Origin: Carcharhinus longimanus
Taxonomy: Eukaryota
Length of the DNA stretch: 64,000 nucleotides
Direction of reading: 5' to 3'
Assembly: GCA_030264375.1 (NCBI GenBank)
Contig: JASCQW010000190.1
Span: forward strand, 88,464,907-88,528,906
Shown: piece after piece, positions 39,400 to 52,579 of the stretch
Numbering within the stretch: position 1 is the first letter of the stretch
How the letters are laid out: every line of letters starts with the position of its first letter
Notes under the pieces: generated by a model
Databases searched by the model: none
What the model was told of the DNA's origin: nothing
Seen by the model: only the letters and a program-made list of their open reading frames with translations
Position numbers and translations under genes: made by a program

Positions 39400-41926
39400 C
39401 ATCCCAATAACAGGAGCCTTATCACAGGGGGTGTTTATGCTGCCATCAGTCACACAGTGGACCAACACTCACAGAAGAAATGTGAAGATGATGGAATATT
39501 TTCACTGGATGCCCTTATCACCCTCCAGGAATAATGGCAATGAGCACATACCGAGCTCTGATCTGCCTCTTCTGGACATTGCCATTGCCTCATGGCCGAT
39601 ACCCTCTCCCTCAAGGACCTCCTCAGCCTGATCATCTTCAACATCCTCCTTATCAGAGGAAATGTGTCACACCTTCTTCTCAGGCAATTCCTCCCCCTGC
39701 ATGCAGTCCCAGGTTGTGTAGGACAGAGCAGATGACCACAGTGCACAATATTCTCCGAGGACTAAACTTCAGGGCTCCGCCAGACTGCTCCAGACACTGG
39801 GACCAGCATCCCTACTGTCTGCTCCACCAAAATGGGAGTAGTAGCCCAAGCTTCACCGTATCTTGCCTCAGTTCTGTTCTTGAGGCCTCCAGATACACAT
39901 CGTCAGCCACCCCCTCAGTGATGGTCCTTCTTCCCGAAGAGCCAATCATGTAACTTCTGTGAATGTATGTCAGGAATCTGAGAGTGGCTCAGAATGTAGG
40001 AATCATGCACACTGTCTGGGAATCGAGCACATACCTGAAGATGTGTTTTGTGTGATCGCAGACCAACTGAACATTCAGCGAGTGGAAACCCTTGTGGTTC
40101 ATGGAGTTCATTGCCTGATGACCCAGAGATCAGAGTGCCACGTGAATGCAGTCGATGAAAACCTGACGTTTGCAATATGTCCATCACTCTTGCATGTGGG
40201 CTTGCCTGATCCCGGTCAAAATGGTTGCAGTTGTGTGCCCATGCGATTATTGTATCGGTCACCTGTAGGATGCACTTGTGTGCAGAGGTTTGTGAAATCC
40301 TGCAGACGTCAACTGTGAAGCCCTGAAAGCAAATACTGGGTAAAAAATTGAGTGCTGCCAGTGACACTAACAGTGGATGTCCTTCACTTCTTCATGGCAC
40401 CAAATCCTGCAGAATGTGCCAGATGTGGCCAACCAGCTCCCTGGACATGCAAAGTATTCAGCAACACTAGTTTTCGTATATCTGCAGGTGTGTTGATGCT
40501 GTCTGTCGACCCTGGGTCAAGTGAGATGCCTTTGAGCAATGGCTCACTGGGGTTCATCCTTTCCTTGCCCCTGAGTAAACCCTGCTATCCCTTCCTCTTC
40601 TGCTTCGGCCTTTGGTGAGCTAGGCAGCTCAGTTCACGCCATTCTCTTCCCTGTTGCCAATAGAATGAGAGGATTGGCAGCGAGATCATCAGTCTCCATG
40701 TGTTGTACATTCTGCTCGCTGCAGTTTCAAAGACAGACTTGAAGGTTAGTATTTGTTTCTGAAGGATCACTCTTTGCTCATTTATTGTCTGAAGCTGCCT
40801 CCCAAAGCACACTGACTCATGTCCAGACTACAACACTGATGTCTAGTCCTTACTTTCCATTCTGCTTTGACAAGATGCCCACACCATCCTTGCCATACAC
40901 AAATGGCCAAGTCCCCACAGTTTTGGCCACTCTATTGCATCCTGAGCTCTCATCTGAGGTGCAGACATTGTCCAGAGCTTCATTCCAAGGCCTTGCGCCC
41001 AACCTGGTCTGTAGGGGACACTTGTCAATACGTAGCTTGACACACAGCCAAGGGTTAGGAGCACTGTCCTCTGGCAGTGTGCCATTGCCATCGTCTAAGG
41101 GGATAGAGTTGCATTGATACAGGCGCACAATGGCATTTATTGCTTTTGGAAGACAGTGTGCCAATGCTGAGCGAATCAGTGGCACCCACACAAATAAGTG
41201 GTGCTTGAGTGGACCTAATTGTGTGACTAGTTTGACTCCAGGCATGTCAGTTGAATTGCAGCTGAATGATCTGGGCTGCAATGGGGTACTGATGACTGAC
41301 AAGTTTTTAAACCAGCATTGCCCTTGGCAACATGCGTCTCCAAATCCAAACCCCTCACCCCTCCCAGATTGAGTGGAAACATCCGAGTCCATGATGACTT
41401 CCCTCACCACGCTGCACCAGGTTTCCCCTTCTTCAGTGAGGGGTCTTTAAAGAAACCCTGGCAGCAAAAGACAGCCTCAAAAACAGTGCTTTTCACACTT
41501 GACAGTCAACCCAAGGTAATCTGTCCCCTGAGTCATGCTGCCACTCAATATTCCTGCCTGAATATGTGGAGCTGCGCTATGAGTGCTGTGCTGAACTCCT
41601 GTACTGCCATCTGAGGTGTGCTCACCAGATGCATTTGGCTTTTGAAGCTAGTCATACTTCACGCTTTCTGATATCGTGATGCTGCTATGGGTGGATTTTT
41701 TTTGACCATGGTTGGGTGGTTTGATTCTGGTATAAGATGCTGAATGCAATCAAATGAGGTGCCCAACATTTACATCAGGAATTGTGACCCACCACTGATG
41801 GGGGAAGGGACCCATCATGGCAAGCTTTCATGCCAATTATAAAATGCAACTTTGCATTTCTTGTGTCATTTTCCACTCCCATCGTCAAACTAGCCCAAAG
41901 TGAACAGGAGCAGAAAATCCTGGTCA
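39400..41926 (-). mobile_element. Degenerate PIF/Harbinger DNA transposon (HARBI1-like DDE transposase remnant at about 39620-40720)
   Basis: Minus-strand motifs AALNF...FQ, ISQTSAHKCI.QVTD, IDCIHVA, KGFHSLNVQLVCD, ARFPDSVHDSYIL and C.VLHN, with frameshifts. The boundaries are approximate. Confidence 0.8.
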
Positions 41927-43442
41927 CTGAACCCATTCAGTTTTAATTTTTGTAGTGGGAGAGATGTGGGGTAAAATCCCCCTTTTCCTGCCTTACCATT
42001 AACTGCAGCGTGGTGATACATTTTTGAGAGAGCATGTTTTAGCCCCTTGAGTGCTGTGACTTTAAAAAACGACCATGAAAGGGCTTTTTTGTAAGTTTAA
42101 ATCAAAATGAAGGATAATTGTTTATTTCTTGCAACATCTGAAATATAATCACAACAGCAATCAACTCCTCACACATACTAGACATAAAACAGATGATTTC
42201 TAAAGATAAAATGCACCCAACCAGTAAATTCCTTGAAAAGATTTTAAAAAGTTCCTCAGCTCAGCATTTATGTCCTGAATTTCCGAAGCAGGTCTTATCC
42301 AATACGGAGCCTACCTGTTCCAGGCATCCTTCCTCAATGTTGGAATGATGAGGGGAAGCCAAACCAGGGCACCCGCTGATTTATTCTGCTAAGTTTTCAT
42401 TCACTAACACATTGAAAGGCTTCAGGTCATTTTAAATAACTTTTCTGTGTGTCGGTGAATGAGGTGTGAGTGAGGTTGGTGTGTAGGTGTTAGCTGCAGA
42501 GGGCGGTGGGGCTAGGTAGCAAGCTGGCAGCAGAGTAGGGTGGTGAGGTTGAGTTGGGAGTGGTTTTCGATACCTAGAGGTTGGCCATGTTTTTTCCAGT
42601 CTAAAATTCTCTAGTAACTCTCCCTGGGGAAGAGTGTTGGACATCTCTGAAGTCTCCAACTCTGAGAGTTGGAGACCTTTTTTTCGGAGGGTCACAGGGA
42701 GATGGGGAATTGTCCATCGCTGTTGAAACTTCCCGGGCAATTCCTGCAAAGTCCTTGCATTGGGACCTCCAAGGGATCCATGAGCACACCTTCCAAGAAA
42801 CTTCTTTGACCACCCAGAGCCAGAAAAATTGGGTTCAATACTTGAAGGAGAAGAATCTGCAGTCTATGGGGAAAGAGAAGGAGTGGAACTAATAAATTCT
42901 TTCCAAGATCTGGCACTGTGACCGTCAGCCAAATGACCACCTCCTGTGCTGTATTATGATATTGGTATTGCTGAATTCAATAATGGTTCACTCAGTTCCA
43001 CAGACGTACATCTTCCGACAATAGTTACTGGAACGTGATTAGGAGAAGGAATCCTAACTATTTTTCCTTCTGGCCAAACCCCTTTCTTGGGGTTCATGGA
43101 CATTGGAACCAACTGTAGTATTTTGACACTAATCCAACTGAAATTAATGAATTCAATGCACATAATGGACTGAACCTGAAATCTTCAAGTTTGTATAACT
43201 TGTCACATTTGAGGAGCCCAAAATCCTAATTTTGAATATGTATTAAATGAAAAGTGTCCGATCCAGCAGCCAGTGAATCTCTTTGAGGCTATGATTTCTG
43301 TAATCTCCTCTGCACAGGGTTTTGTTTCATTATACATGTCTGATGCTGCTAATCTTTCAGCCTGCATGTTAGCAGCTTAGTTGAAGCACAAGTTCAGCAA
43401 TCACTAGTCTGCAGCATCATCTGTTAACTTCTGTTTCCTTAG

Positions 43443-43961
43443 AACTCAAAAATTAATAGATCCGGTGGGAGAGATGATATCCCGAGGAGGAAGAAACTGG
43501 CCCTTTGAAGGAGACCGGCCCTATCTCCCACACAACGTGTCGCCTACAAAAAATGAGGTGGATCTAGGCTGCCAGAGATGTGGGGAGTCGTACTTCAATG
43601 TTGTCAGCAGAGAGGATGAGAGGTGGGAAAATTCTGAGGTTTTCATAAAACCAGGCGTCAAGCCACCAAGAAACACCATCAAAAGCCCCCCTCGTGATCC
43701 TGGTGAAGGAATTGAGACTGTAAGGTGCTGCTCAAATGTGAAGAGCAGACCACCTACCAAGCTGAGTTCAGAGGAACTGGTGAGAGACATTGCAGAGAAA
43801 GACCGTTCTCTGGCAGGCATACTAGATCCTAACTCGAAAATGAAGAGTGCTGTAGGCCTGATGGGTGGGATCTTTCCAGAAAGCAAAGAGGAACTGTCAC
43901 GCGCACGTGAGCACAAGAAAAGGAATCCACTACAACTGAGCCTGAATATTAACCAGGAGAA
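43443..43961 (+). CDS. SHROOM4: Shroom4-like exon leading into ASD2 (SEELVRDIAEKDRSLAGILDPNSKMKSAVGLMGGIF)
   Basis: Acceptor ctgtttccttag, donor AA|gtaagt, phase 2/2. Conserved Shroom EL..I..KD.SL..ILDP motif. Confidence 0.9.
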
Positions 43962-44009
43962 GTAAGTTTCTTCTTGATCTTCTAGGTTCTATGTAATGTT
44001 ATTTGAACT

Positions 44010-44315
44010 TAAGATCCAGGTCCCGTCTCCCAGTCTGTGCTGTGTTAAGTGATCCCACTGTAAGCAGCAATTGCAGCACAATAATTGGCCTCTGTAATCT
44101 TGGGTTACGGAAGGGGAGATAAAAAGAAGAAGGGTTGGGACTCATGATTAGTATCTAATGAGTCAGCAAGGCAAGTGTATATTTTAAATGTCAGGTAAGA
44201 AAAGGCTTAGATTCAGTTGTGATGGTAGAATGGGCATCGGCAGAAAAAATAACTCGCCTGGCAAGGTGCCAGAGTGGTGCCGCACCTTAGAAACACACCT
44301 CGGCAAAAGGCTGGT
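44010..44315 (+). mobile_element. LF-SINE-like ancient repeat
   Basis: ccaggtccc...gtctgtgctg.gtta...aattggcctc...aagggg pattern. Related copies lie near 37660-38040 (-), 58700-59000 and 59530-59860. Confidence 0.5.
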
Positions 44316-44773
44316 AAAATTGGTATCCTTATTAGCGACAAAATAATGCTTCCATTTCCCTCCTTAGTCATACTTAAGGTCTAATTTGAAGCTTAATTAT
44401 GACCAGCTTTGCATTGCAAATTTTATTTAACCACAGATATATTCCGCATGGTGTCTCTTTAATCCAGTCCCAGATGTGCATTATAGCCACTACAAAATGC
44501 TTCCATACATATGAATTTATGATATGGTTACTCAGGGACAGATGTGGATGTTTTGCAATGTTGTAAGTTGAGGTGTATTTGGGCACTGGACCAAATGTAG
44601 TCAGTTAACAGTCAAACTCTTAGTTTCTGAGAAGCAAACAAGTATTCATTAACTGCCCCCCAAGACTGCTCAGAGAGTATCACTCAAGTGTTATCTGTCG
44701 TCTCCTCCATCTTCATTATCAGTCCCCCACACCAGCACTCCTGCCAGATAATAACTAACTTATGGAAATCATA

Positions 44774-44778
<5 letters not shown>

Positions 44779-44804
<26 letters not shown>
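44779..44804. repeat. (TA)n microsatellite
   Basis: Read directly from the sequence. Confidence 0.95.
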
Positions 44805-44805
<1 letters not shown>

Positions 44806-45634
44806 GTTATATCACATTATATTGCTGTTCCTTCATTGTCCCTGCACCAAATTCATGGAATTCCCTTCCTAAAGTGACCTAGACCGGCTGCAGCAGTTCA
44901 ACATGGCCCACCTTTTTATGGTCAATTAGGGATACATAACAAATGTTGGCTTAGAAACCGACATCCCATGAAAAAATAAAAGAAACTTCAACACCTTTAG
45001 TGTTACTAAATGACCACAGTTCACTTTTACCTGGCAAATAGATTCAAGTCTGACCGATCTGCATTCTATCTCCACAATTTGCAGTTTTTCTTTGTTTCCT
45101 TGTTCAACAGTTCCTGCCAGCGATGAGGTCTGAGGTGCATTTACACTACCGAGGTTGACAATATTGCAGCCTTTGGAGTGCGTTTTAAAATGGAGCAAAA
45201 AATAAACAATCAGATTAATGTTAAAAAAATTTTTGTCCTGTTTATTGGACCTAATATGATGGAAATGCTTCAAATAAGAGTGCTGATCCTCACTTGGTGA
45301 CTGACTCCAGTGAAACAGCATCTTTGACAGGATGAAATAGGCTTCAGTCAATGCTATTCAGAACCAATTAGCGAGAGATGCACAAGAACTAGGTAGACAA
45401 GATACTGGCTTAATTTTCCATGTTCTACTTTTGTAGTAGCAGAGCATTTACCTTGCCAAAATGAAATATAATTGCTCTTGTAGCAAAGCTTAAGGGTGAA
45501 GGTTTTTTTGCTTCTAATTTTGAGGTACTCCTTCATAACTTGTCTGTATACAAGTCGCAAGTTTGGGGAAAAAATAATAAATTTGGCAAACTTTTAATGA
45601 TGTAGTTCCTTGATCCATGTTGAGACTTTGTGTG

Positions 45635-46088
45635 TCAGTTGTGACTTAATTGGTGGCACACTTGCCTCAGAGTCAGAAGATTATGGGTTTAAATCACTCC
45701 AGGATTTGAGCATGAATTGCCTAACATAAAAATCCATTACTGAGGGGAGTACAGTCCAATATTGTCAGAGGTGCTGGCTTCATATAAGACATGAAACATC
45801 AGGCTCTGTCTGCCCCTTAGGTAGATGTAAATAATCCCATGGCACTATTCTGAGGAAGAGCAGGGGAGGTGTCCGTTCTGGTCAACATTTCTCCCTCATT
45901 CAATATCACAGACAAATTATCTGATCATTGTGTTGTAGTTTGTGGGACTTACTGTGTGCAAATTGGCTAGCCTGTTTCCTACATTACAATAGTCACTAAA
46001 CTTCTAATGTATTTTCTTGGCTATGAAGGGCTTTTGAAGCATCTGGTGGTCATGACTAGCCCCAAATATAAATGCAAGTCTTTCTTTA
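45635..46088 (+). mobile_element. Near full-length DeuSINE/SacSINE1-like element
   Basis: tRNA-like head, Deu-like core tttgtgggacttactgtgtgcaaattggct, tail tataaatgcaagtctttcttt. Confidence 0.75.
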
Positions 46089-47084
46089 TTTCTGTGTTTA
46101 ATTTATCAATTGATGACTGTGAAATTCTACAATGTCGATTATGGATATGTAAAAAGCATAGAACTGTAAATCATTACTCATTAACATTTCAAAATGAAGT
46201 CAATAGAATTTGTTTTATTTTTGGCTGTGTGTGTGAAGGCAATTCTAAACGAGGTCTGCATCTGTGTGGCTTGGCCTCGAGGCTTGATTTCAAATCCTTT
46301 CTGAATAACATCTTTCATTTATGTGTTGCTGTAATTATGTATCAATCTTGCCAACCAGAGGACTTCTCGAGGGAGTTGGTGGTGCAGTGGCTTGGCACAA
46401 TGCCTATTTTTAGAATCCAAAATACCAGTGCATAACTCCATTCAAGATTTCTGATAATCATACAAAATATTTGCATCTGTAAGGAACTTACTAAGCTTGT
46501 CATGCGTTCACGAAACGCACTCATAGCGACAATGTTTTCCATATTATTCAGAAAATGACAAACCTGAAAATGAAATTTAAGAGATCCAGTTACGTTCAAT
46601 TGGATATTGCTAAGTACCCATGTTTTGCACTGTAAATACCAGCCTGGTGCCGGAAATAAAGCAGCATTGGAAATAGTATCAATCTGTCCCCAAGAACATT
46701 TTTTACACTCCACATTGCCAAAAATTAATTCCTACTTAAAAACTTGACATCCCCTGAGGAAACAGCACAACAATCATCGGTTATATTCCATCTGAATCCA
46801 GGGCAGATTACTTGTAAGGAGATAATTATCAGTCTCTTGGTTAGCTGCTGCTCAACTTGGAATTCCTAACACTGTTAAAAAGGCCAGTGCTAATGTGTTT
46901 CTATTGTTTGTTGGCACCAGCTAATCTTATTATCCCTTTGTGTTCATTAAACCAATTTGCAAGTATTTCCTTCTGCAATCATTGGAGCTCATCAAAGCCA
47001 TAAATCATAAAGGATTTCTAAAAATAATCATGGATCTATATGAAGGTAACTTCCATATAAAGATTTTTTTTAAAACTAGGCAGT

Positions 47085-48095
47085 TAAAGCGTTGAAATCA
47101 AGGGAATAGGAGGAAAACTCTGTACTGGTTGTCTACCTAAGGCAAAGCAAGATGGTTGGGAGGCCTCAAACATCTTGGCCTCAGAGCGACACTGCAGAAA
47201 TTCCTTGGACCCAACCATTTTCAGCTACTTAACTAGTGCTCTTCCCTCCATTATAAGTTTAAAAATAGGGATGTTTACTGATAATTGTACAGTGTTCAGT
47301 GCCATTCGTGAAACCTCAGATACTGAAGCAGTCTGTCTGGCAAGTCCTGAACAACAATGAGGCTTGAGCTGACAAGTAATATTTGCACCACACAATTGCC
47401 AGGTAATAACCATCACCAACAGAAAAGCCTAACCATCTGCCCTTGACACTAAATCCCCTACCAGTAACTTCCTAGGGATTACCATTGACCAGAAACTTAA
47501 CTGGACCAGCCATATAAATATTGTAGCTACAAGAGCACGTCAGAGGCTGGAAATTGTGCAGCAACTAACTTAACTCTTGACTTCCCAGATCCCATCCACT
47601 ATTTACAAGACAAGACTCAGGGTATAATGAAATACTCTATTTGGATGAGTGCAGCTCTCAAGTGTTTGAAGAGGTTCAACTCCATCCGGACTTTATCAAC
47701 ACCCCATCTGCTACATTAAACATTCACTCCCTGAACCACCGGTGCACAGTGGCAGCAGTGTGTACTATATGCAAGATGCACTGTAGCAATTTGCGAAGGC
47801 TCCTTTTATAGAATCTGCCAAACCTGGGATCTGTACCAACTCAAAGGACAAGAGCAATAAACACATGGGAACAGCGGAGCCTGAAACTTCCTCTGCAAAT
47901 CATACACAATCCTGACTTAATTTCTTCACTGTTACTCAGTCAAAATCCTCCAATGCCTTCCTAACAGCACTGAGTATACCTGTAGCAGCTCAAAATGGCA
48001 TCTCGGCTCCACCTTTACAAGAGAAATTGGGTTGGGGAACAAAGTTTGGCCTTGCTAGCAATGCTTACATCCCATGAAAGAATAAAACAAAAATG
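47085..48095 (+). mobile_element. CR1/L2-group LINE 3' region
   Basis: LDPTIFSY...LPSIIS.KIGMFTDNCTVF RT motif and LGITIDQKLNWTSHIN. Tail catcccatgaaagaataaaa. Confidence 0.75.
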
Positions 48096-48354
48096 CCCCA
48101 AGCTCTGGAACTCCCCACTTATACCTCACCTTGTCTCCACCCTACTTTTTTTCTCTAAGACAGTCTTTAAGACCAAGCTTTTGATCATCTGCCTTTATAG
48201 CTCCTTATGTGACTCAGTGTTATTCTTTGTTTTATAATGCTCTGGTGAAGTGCCTTGGGACATTTAATTATTTTAAAGGCACTATATAAATATAAATTGT
48301 TGTTGTTCTCTAATTCAACTTCAAGGTAAGGTTATCAACATAGGATGTTCCAAA

Positions 48355-48650
48355 GCTGGTACAGTGGTTAGTACTGCAGCCTCACAGCGCTGGGGCCTGG
48401 ATTTAGTTCTGGCCTTGGGTAACTGTGTGGAGTTTGCAAATTCTCCCCGTGTCTGTGTAGGTTTCTGGCAGATGCTGCAGATTCCCCTCTCAATCCAGAG
48501 ATGTGCAGGATAGGTGGATTGGCCATAGTAAATGCATGAGGTTATGTGTATGGGGCAGATGGGCTTGTGTGGGATGCTGTTTTGGAAAGTCAGTGCAGAC
48601 TTGATGGACTGAATATCTCTTCCTGCATTTTAAAGGTTCTGTGTTTCTAT
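48355..48650 (+). mobile_element. HE1-like V-SINE
   Basis: ggtacagtggttagtactgcagcctcacagcgc head and gtggagtttgca..ttctccccgtgtc V-domain. Confidence 0.8.
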
Positions 48651-49199
48651 TCAAACCTCTTCTTGGCATCCAGATTTCCACAAAGTGCCTTTTAACATTC
48701 AGGATACAGCATCTCTGAGTCTGATGCTTGAGATTTGCTGGCACAGCTTCACAGTCCATGGGAATCAAACTTTTAGAGTTTAGTTCCGTGCAACTTAGAA
48801 GAAGGTTTTCTCTTTCCAAGAAGGGCTGTAGATCTTTAACTGTTACCTACTACTTCTAGAAGTTTTTTTTGCAACTCTGAGAAACAGCACGTTTGGAAAA
48901 GTAAAACCAGAAGATACTGGAATTACTCCAGCCTAGCAGCATCAATGGAGAGAAAAACATCATGAGCCTATAATGAAATTTCAGTTCTGGTGACAATCTG
49001 AAACTTTCACTCGTCTTCTCTCCATAGGTGCTGCCAGACCTGCGGAATATGTCCAGCAATTTCTATTTTCATTACAGATTTCCAGCATTCGCGGTAGAGT
49101 GTTTTGCTTTTGCTTTGAAGAAATGACTGATTGGATAAACAAAATAAATGTGCATAGTCATCCAGAAGGCAGATGATGAGCTGTGTCAAAAGATTGTTG

Positions 49200-50235
49200 C
49201 AAAACTTTAGGTGTATATAAGAATAACAAATGGACAGAACATTAGCCAAAAATCAGAATAAGTTTCAGTACATTGAGGGAGCAGTACTGGGTCCACATTT
49301 GTCCTTTATGTACAGATGACTTGGATGGAGGTCTGGAACCACAATCTTGAAATCTGGTGATGCTGCAAAAATAGAGAGTTTGGCAAACGATGGAAGACTT
49401 TATGAAGATATGAAAAGCTAGCAAATTGGACCAATAGCTGGAAGGGGAAATATAATACGGAAAAGTGTAAGGTAATATATTCNNNNNNNNNNNNNNNNNN
49501 NNNNNNNNNNNNNNNNNNNNNNNNNNNNNNNNNNNNNNNNNNNNNNNNNNNNNNNNNNNNNNNNNNNNNNNNNNNNNNNNNNTAATACGGAAAAGTGTAA
49601 GGTAATATATTCTGATAGGAAAAATGAAGAATGAGTATACGTTCAATGAAAACTTGGCCATTGTTGTGAATGAAGACCAATTGCTTTACAAGCTGTGGCA
49701 AATATGTTGAAGTTATGAAGTAATAAATTGATATAAAATGTTTGCTATGCTGCAATTGGAGTACTGTGCTCAGTATAGGGAATCCCAGTATAGAAAATAT
49801 ATTGAAGCCATTTATAAATTCACAGCATGTACCAGAAGTTGGAAGCTACAATTAGGGTGAGACTTGAAGTATTAGGACAATTTACACAGGAGCGGAGAAG
49901 GCATTTAAATTAAAATGATGCAAGATTTTGATAGTGAGTAGGGAGAGACAGTTCCCTCTGGTTGAGGAGTTGGTCGTAGACAGTCATCAATTTAGAACAA
50001 TCACAAAGAAAATTAGGGGAAATGTTAGAAGAAGTTTCTTTAGACAGAGGATTGTTGGAGCACGGCATGTTTTGCCACAGGAAATGGGTCAAACATAGGT
50101 CATCGTATCTTTGAGGAGAAAAGTATAAATATTTGAAATACAAGACAATGAAGAGAGTGCAGGAAATAGCATTCATTTTGGATTGCTCTAGTAAAGAATT
50201 GAAACAGATGATAGGTGGAATAGTCTCCTATGGGT
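49200..50235 (+). mobile_element. Highly decayed CR1 RT/3' fragment
   Basis: gcagtactgggtcca (SVLGP), gaaaagtgtaaggtaat (KCKV), ttggagtactgtgctcagt (LEYC.Q). Confidence 0.55.
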
Positions 50236-51519
50236 ACAACCTATTGTTCAGTAGTATCTGACCATGTCAGCTGAACTTTATTCAGTCATCTCCCCAAATA
50301 ACCTCTCCTTTTTCCCACCAGTAAAGAATGTTTGGGCCTCAGTTACTTTTAAGTACATACAGTGGTCATGAAAGACCTATTTCAGTGCAATTTCCTATTT
50401 AAATGGAAGTTAAGATAGACAACATATTGCCAAAAAGTCCCCATTATTTTGCTTTTGTCATCCTAGGTGGAAAATCCACTCACATTTCAGGATATTTCAT
50501 ATTTTAGAGCTGGAGAAATTGTACAATAGACCTGTAAGTCTCTCCAGCAAATACTTGCTGCCTTGGTTCTGCTTGTGGATAGGGATAAATGGAGGTTTCC
50601 TCCATTTCTTCTGCTACCTCTAGTAGTTTGAAAAATATGAATGAGAGGGATGGAGAAATTGGGTTGTGCTTAATTGTAGCTGATATGATCACAGAGCAGG
50701 TAGAAGAAGGTTTGATCACAGGACAGATAGAAATAGGCTGTTTTATCAGTCCATCCGGCCACAGATGCTGGAAAAAAATTACGTTCCTTCTGCAGACTGG
50801 GATCTCTTGTTGGCAAAAGGTGAACCATGTTCGTCATCTGGTGTTTTTGGTAGGATTCTGGTGGATTTGTTGGTGAATACTAAGACAAGTCTTCCAATAG
50901 GACAAGATACCACAGCAATTGAATTTTGGATGAGTTGGCTGACGATTTTTTTCTCTTTGCGTTTTCTCTGCCTGGGAATGAAGAGGAGTCGGTCTGCCTA
51001 CCAAACTGAAAGCCTATAGGCTGATCTGTGCTTGCTTTCAGAGGAGCTGCATTATCTTTAATTTGGCTGTGCAGGTGCAGCAATCCTGGGCACACTTCAC
51101 TCAGGTATTTAAGTCAAAATCAAAACTCGTATGTTATGCCACGAGTGTCCTTGTAGTGTTTCCTTTGACTGCCATACAAATGCACCCCAGGCTTGAACTC
51201 TGCATAAAAGATTTGCTTTTGGTAATTGAATATCAGCCATTATGGCCAAGTGACCAGTTCAACTCAGTTGTAACTGTTTCGATATGGTGTACATACTTGG
51301 TACACCAGCTTAGATCCTCAGTATCTGATATTTTATCCTGCAATCTGATCTTAAGACTTTTCTAAAGGTGACTTAAGTGAAAGTTAAGTTTCTTGGCGTT
51401 ACTCTGGCACACAGTTCAAGTCTTCCAAATAGAATAGAGTGGGCACTACTTATAGACTTTCAGCTTGATAGGCAGACCGACTCCTCTTCATCCCCGGGTT
51501 GACGTTGGAAGTGTGCCAA

Positions 51520-52060
51520 AGAATATGCTTGCTTTGGCAATTATTGCACGTCTCATTTTCAAATGTAGACAACTTGAGAGAGTTTGCTGCTGAAATAAGC
51601 GAACCTATCCTGCGTGAACTAGAACCTGGGGTTTGGGGAAAAAGTTTTCCTGTAGCTGGCTAGTACATAATTTCAGTTTTCTTTGTGCTGATTGTAAGAC
51701 TGAAGTTAGAACATAGAACATAGAACATTACAGCGCAGAACAGGCCCTTCGGCCCACGATGTTGCGCCGACCAGTTACAANNNNNNNNNNNNNNNNNNNN
51801 NNNNNNNNNNNNNNNNNNNNNNNNNNNNNNNNNNNNNNNNNNNNNNNNNNNNNNNNNNNNNNNNNNNNNNNNNNNNNNNNCCTGGACCCCAGCCCCTGGT
51901 AGGCAACACACCAGCCCTGAGTCCCTACCCTTACCTCCAACTCTCCTATCCGTCCCCGTAACTGTGGAGTTGTCACATTCATGAAGTTGTCACATTCATT
52001 GGGGAACAAGTCCATGCTATGTTGCATGTCCAACTCTGCACTTGCTACTGGTTCAGTCAA
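51520..52060 (-). mobile_element. RTE-clade LINE fragment with a CR1 (51708-51965) inserted and collapsed over a gap
   Basis: RTE peptide DMQHSMDLF...CDNF|SLTISTKKTEIMY is split by the insert. The insert has an ORF1 end CCLPGAGVQ and an (AGAACAT)n tail. tgaagtt is repeated at 51701 and 51982. Confidence 0.75.
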
Positions 52061-52579
52061 TGGGACACAGTTGCATAGACAGTGTGGACTGTCAAATATT
52101 GGACCCAGTGGCCATTATTTATGTTTGACAGGCCAGTTAACTGCTGAAGGAAGTTGAGCCACATCCTTTCCATTTGTATGTCACACCAATCATATGCAGA
52201 ATACTGGCTGAGTAATTTTTTCTCATCTAAGGATTTTGGTGGGACAAGAAAAGACCGATGCAGTTACTGGGATTTGAATTCAGGATCATTTTTATTTATT
52301 CAAGGATGTGGGTATGGCTGGCTAGGCCTGCATTTATTGCACATCTCTAATCACCCTCGAGAAGGTGGTGATGAGCTGTCTTCTTGAACTGCTGCTGTCC
52401 ATTTGCTGTAGGTGCTCCCACTGTGCTATTAAGGAGGTAGGAGTTCCATGATTTTGACTCAGCAACATTGAAGAAACAGCGATTATATTTTCAAGTCAGG
52501 ATGGTGAGTGGCTGGGAGGAGAACTTCCAAGTTGTGGTGTTCCCATGTATCTTCTGCCCTCATCCTTTTCGGTGGTACT

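Noticed and set aside
40850-41410. 186-aa minus-strand ORF
   Set aside because: It has no recognisable domain or splice context and lies within a decayed transposon region.
48355-48420. tRNA genes suggested by box A/B-like motifs
   Set aside because: These are tRNA-derived SINE heads continuous with SINE bodies, with no complete cloverleaf.
49453-49612. About 30-bp direct repeat flanking a 100-N gap
   Set aside because: Same pattern as above, so probably an assembly artefact.
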